A stretch of 63,963 nt of DNA, counting the filler, from Octopus bimaculoides (Eukaryota), in NCBI RefSeq assembly GCF_001194135.2. It is 4 parts of 4 records of this genome, joined end to end, with 100 filler letters (N's around TTAATTAATTAA, not from the genome) between each part and the next. Parts side by side here need not be neighbours in the genome. Positions count along the whole stretch, not along the records: positions 58,668 to 63,963 come from NC_068992.1; 3 more parts are not named here. One strand, 5' to 3'. Below the pieces are notes generated by a model. The model saw only the letters and a list, made by a program, of their open reading frames with translations. It ran no database searches and had not been told where the DNA came from. Each line of letters opens with the position of its first letter. Within the stretch, counting starts at the first letter, position 1. The translations under genes were made by a program, and so were the position numbers. This document shows positions 61,971 through 63,963 of the stretch, one piece after another.

Positions 61971-62201
61971 CACACACATATACACACACATACACACACA
62001 CGCATTCACACGGTAATGTGTGTGAAACTCCGAGTAACAATGGGGTATAACACCAACTTTTAAAGCTGTTGAGTGCATTACTCTTTTTCATCTGGTGCAT
62101 ACAATATCAAACGCATACGATATGTGACTATACATACATACATATACACATACATACATAGTACGTACATAACATACACACATACATGTACACAGACATT
62201 A

Positions 62202-63366
62202 CAGAAGTAAAAAGACATCCTTATACTCGTTAAAATTTATTAAATTTGAAATTATACATTCAGATTATTTATTGATTACTATAATGTGAATATCTAATAT
62301 TTAGTAGACATGCCCATTGCATTTTTCAATGCAAGAACCTCATTAGGCACGCTACTGACCAGATGGCGAATATTCACTGCAGGAATTTCTTCCCAAGTTT
62401 CATGCAATAATCTAAAAAGATCTAGTTTTGAGGATGCCTTTTTGTTGTTTTTACGGAGAGGTGTCCAATAGGATTCATATCTGGTGACTAGCTTGGCCAT
62501 GGAAGCTTCTTAACGCCATTCTCTTCCAACCAATACTGGGTCCTTTTAGCCGTGTGACAAGGAGCCCCATCTTCTATAGATAAAGAGTGTTCTTTAGTCA
62601 TTTCATCACTGGAGAAGAGTGCGAAGAATCCCTTCTTGCAATATGGACACATATTCATCTGATTGACCATTACTCCAAATTGCTCCCCAGACCATCACAG
62701 AATAGCTGCCGTGTTTCATTGTTGGCTGCAGTCTTTTCACATCATATTCTTGACCAAAGAATCTCCAGACCCACACTCGATCACTGTCAGCAAGTCTGGA
62801 CTCAGCAGAGATTATGACAGTGTCCCAAAGTGTTAGTGGTTTCTCCATCATCTCACTGGCCCAACCTCTTCGCTTGATATTGGCTTCTCGCAGAAGTGGC
62901 TTCCCTTCTTGCTGCTCTGCCATAGTCGCCAAGTTTGTGGAGATACCAGACAGCTGTTCTGGGATTGACATCAACTTGTTCTGCTATATCAGAGGCCTTG
63001 CAGCCAGGATTATCCTACACACTTCTCTTAACAAAGTGAAGGGTCCTGTCAGATGGTCCTGGTCGACCTGGGCGAGATGATGTGGACTCCCCGCTTCTCT
63101 GGTGAATTGCATAATCACTCTATTAACTGCAGAAAGCGGGAACCCAAGGTTTTCTGCGATTTTACGCTGGCGAAGTCCACCTTCAGATTGACTGGCAATA
63201 CGGCGCCTTTGCAATTCGGACAGTTCTAAGGCTTCTTTTATACGTGGTATGATTAAACAGTCACATATAGAAACTGAACCATAAAAATGTCAATTAATAA
63301 AAAAATGTATACTTCAAGTTAAAATAAACATAAAACGATGTTTTATGGGGTGTCTATTTACTTCTG
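62202..63366 (-). mobile_element. Near-full-length Tc1 transposon (defective)
   Basis: TIRs cagaagtaaaaagacatccttata (62202, preceded by TA) and the reverse complement cagaagtaaatagacaccccata (ends 63366). HTH-like N-terminus, ISAESR, PTMKHGS.SVMVWGAI, EDGAPCHTAK, LPWPS and MSTKY. Confidence 0.9.
62294..63214 (-). pseudogene. Frameshifted Tc1 transposase
   Basis: Four consecutive minus-strand ORF pieces: 62984-63214, 62606-62974, 62488-62670 and 62294-62500. Confidence 0.88.
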
Positions 63367-63369
63367 TCA

Positions 63370-63401
<32 letters not shown>

Positions 63402-63548
63402 CATGCACGCATGCATGTATGTATGTAAGTATGTAAGTATAACAGATTGATTTTAACTAAATGTACTAAATACTACTTCCTTTCAAGTATTCACGCACAT
63501 GTGTGTGTGTGTTTGTGTGTAACTATAGATCGATAGATAGCTACATAA

Positions 63549-63552
<4 letters not shown>

Positions 63553-63613
<61 letters not shown>

Positions 63614-63677
63614 CAGACAGGTAGACAGACGGAAATATAGATTAATTAATAAATAAACAGACAGAGAGGCAGATAGT

Positions 63678-63709
<32 letters not shown>

Positions 63710-63746
63710 TAGATGGACAGGCAGACAGACAGAGAGACAAACAGAT

Positions 63747-63793
<47 letters not shown>

Positions 63794-63963
63794 TAGATTG
63801 ATAGACACGCATAAATACATGCATACGTAAGTACACTGCTCTCAGGCATATAATTTAGGCACGCGTATGAACACACACACACACACATACACACACACAC
63901 ATACACACACATACACACACACACACACATACACACACACACATACACACACATACACACACA
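63553..63963. repeat. (GATA)n/(GACA)n and (CA)n microsatellite block
   Basis: Seen directly. Confidence 0.95.

Overview
This window is animal, repeat-saturated draft-assembly DNA. It is most likely octopus (cephalopod), inferred from the SINE and LINE families I recognise and from the N-gaps with TTAATTAATTAA spacers. I found no intact, recognisable host protein-coding gene, rRNA, true tRNA gene or CRISPR array. Most of the window is decayed transposable elements: Tc1 and mariner transposase remnants; R4/Dong-, CRE-, Hero/NeSL-, RTE-, CR1/L2- and Tx1-type LINE fragments; a Gypsy RT fragment; several tRNA-headed SINE families; Merlin-like and hAT-like MITEs; non-autonomous Helitrons; and many microsatellites. 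Three things stand out. (1) Four apparently unrelated short non-coding repeats each carry a type-I hammerhead-ribozyme-like motif (5.8-6.0 kb twice, 17.5 kb, 20.15 kb, 37.2 kb); one pair forms a TSD-flanked hairpin, suggesting Penelope/retrozyme-like non-autonomous retroelements. (2) Two 8-bp-TSD MITEs share a body but have different TIRs. (3) A CpG-depleted domain (~16.5-36.5 kb) surrounds a CpG-retaining ETS/YY1-motif island (~23.5-24.9 kb), consistent with a bidirectional promoter, with one convincing exon at 31164-31275. Family calls come from motif recognition in hand translations, not database searches. Boundaries of decayed elements are approximate unless TIRs or TSDs are quoted.
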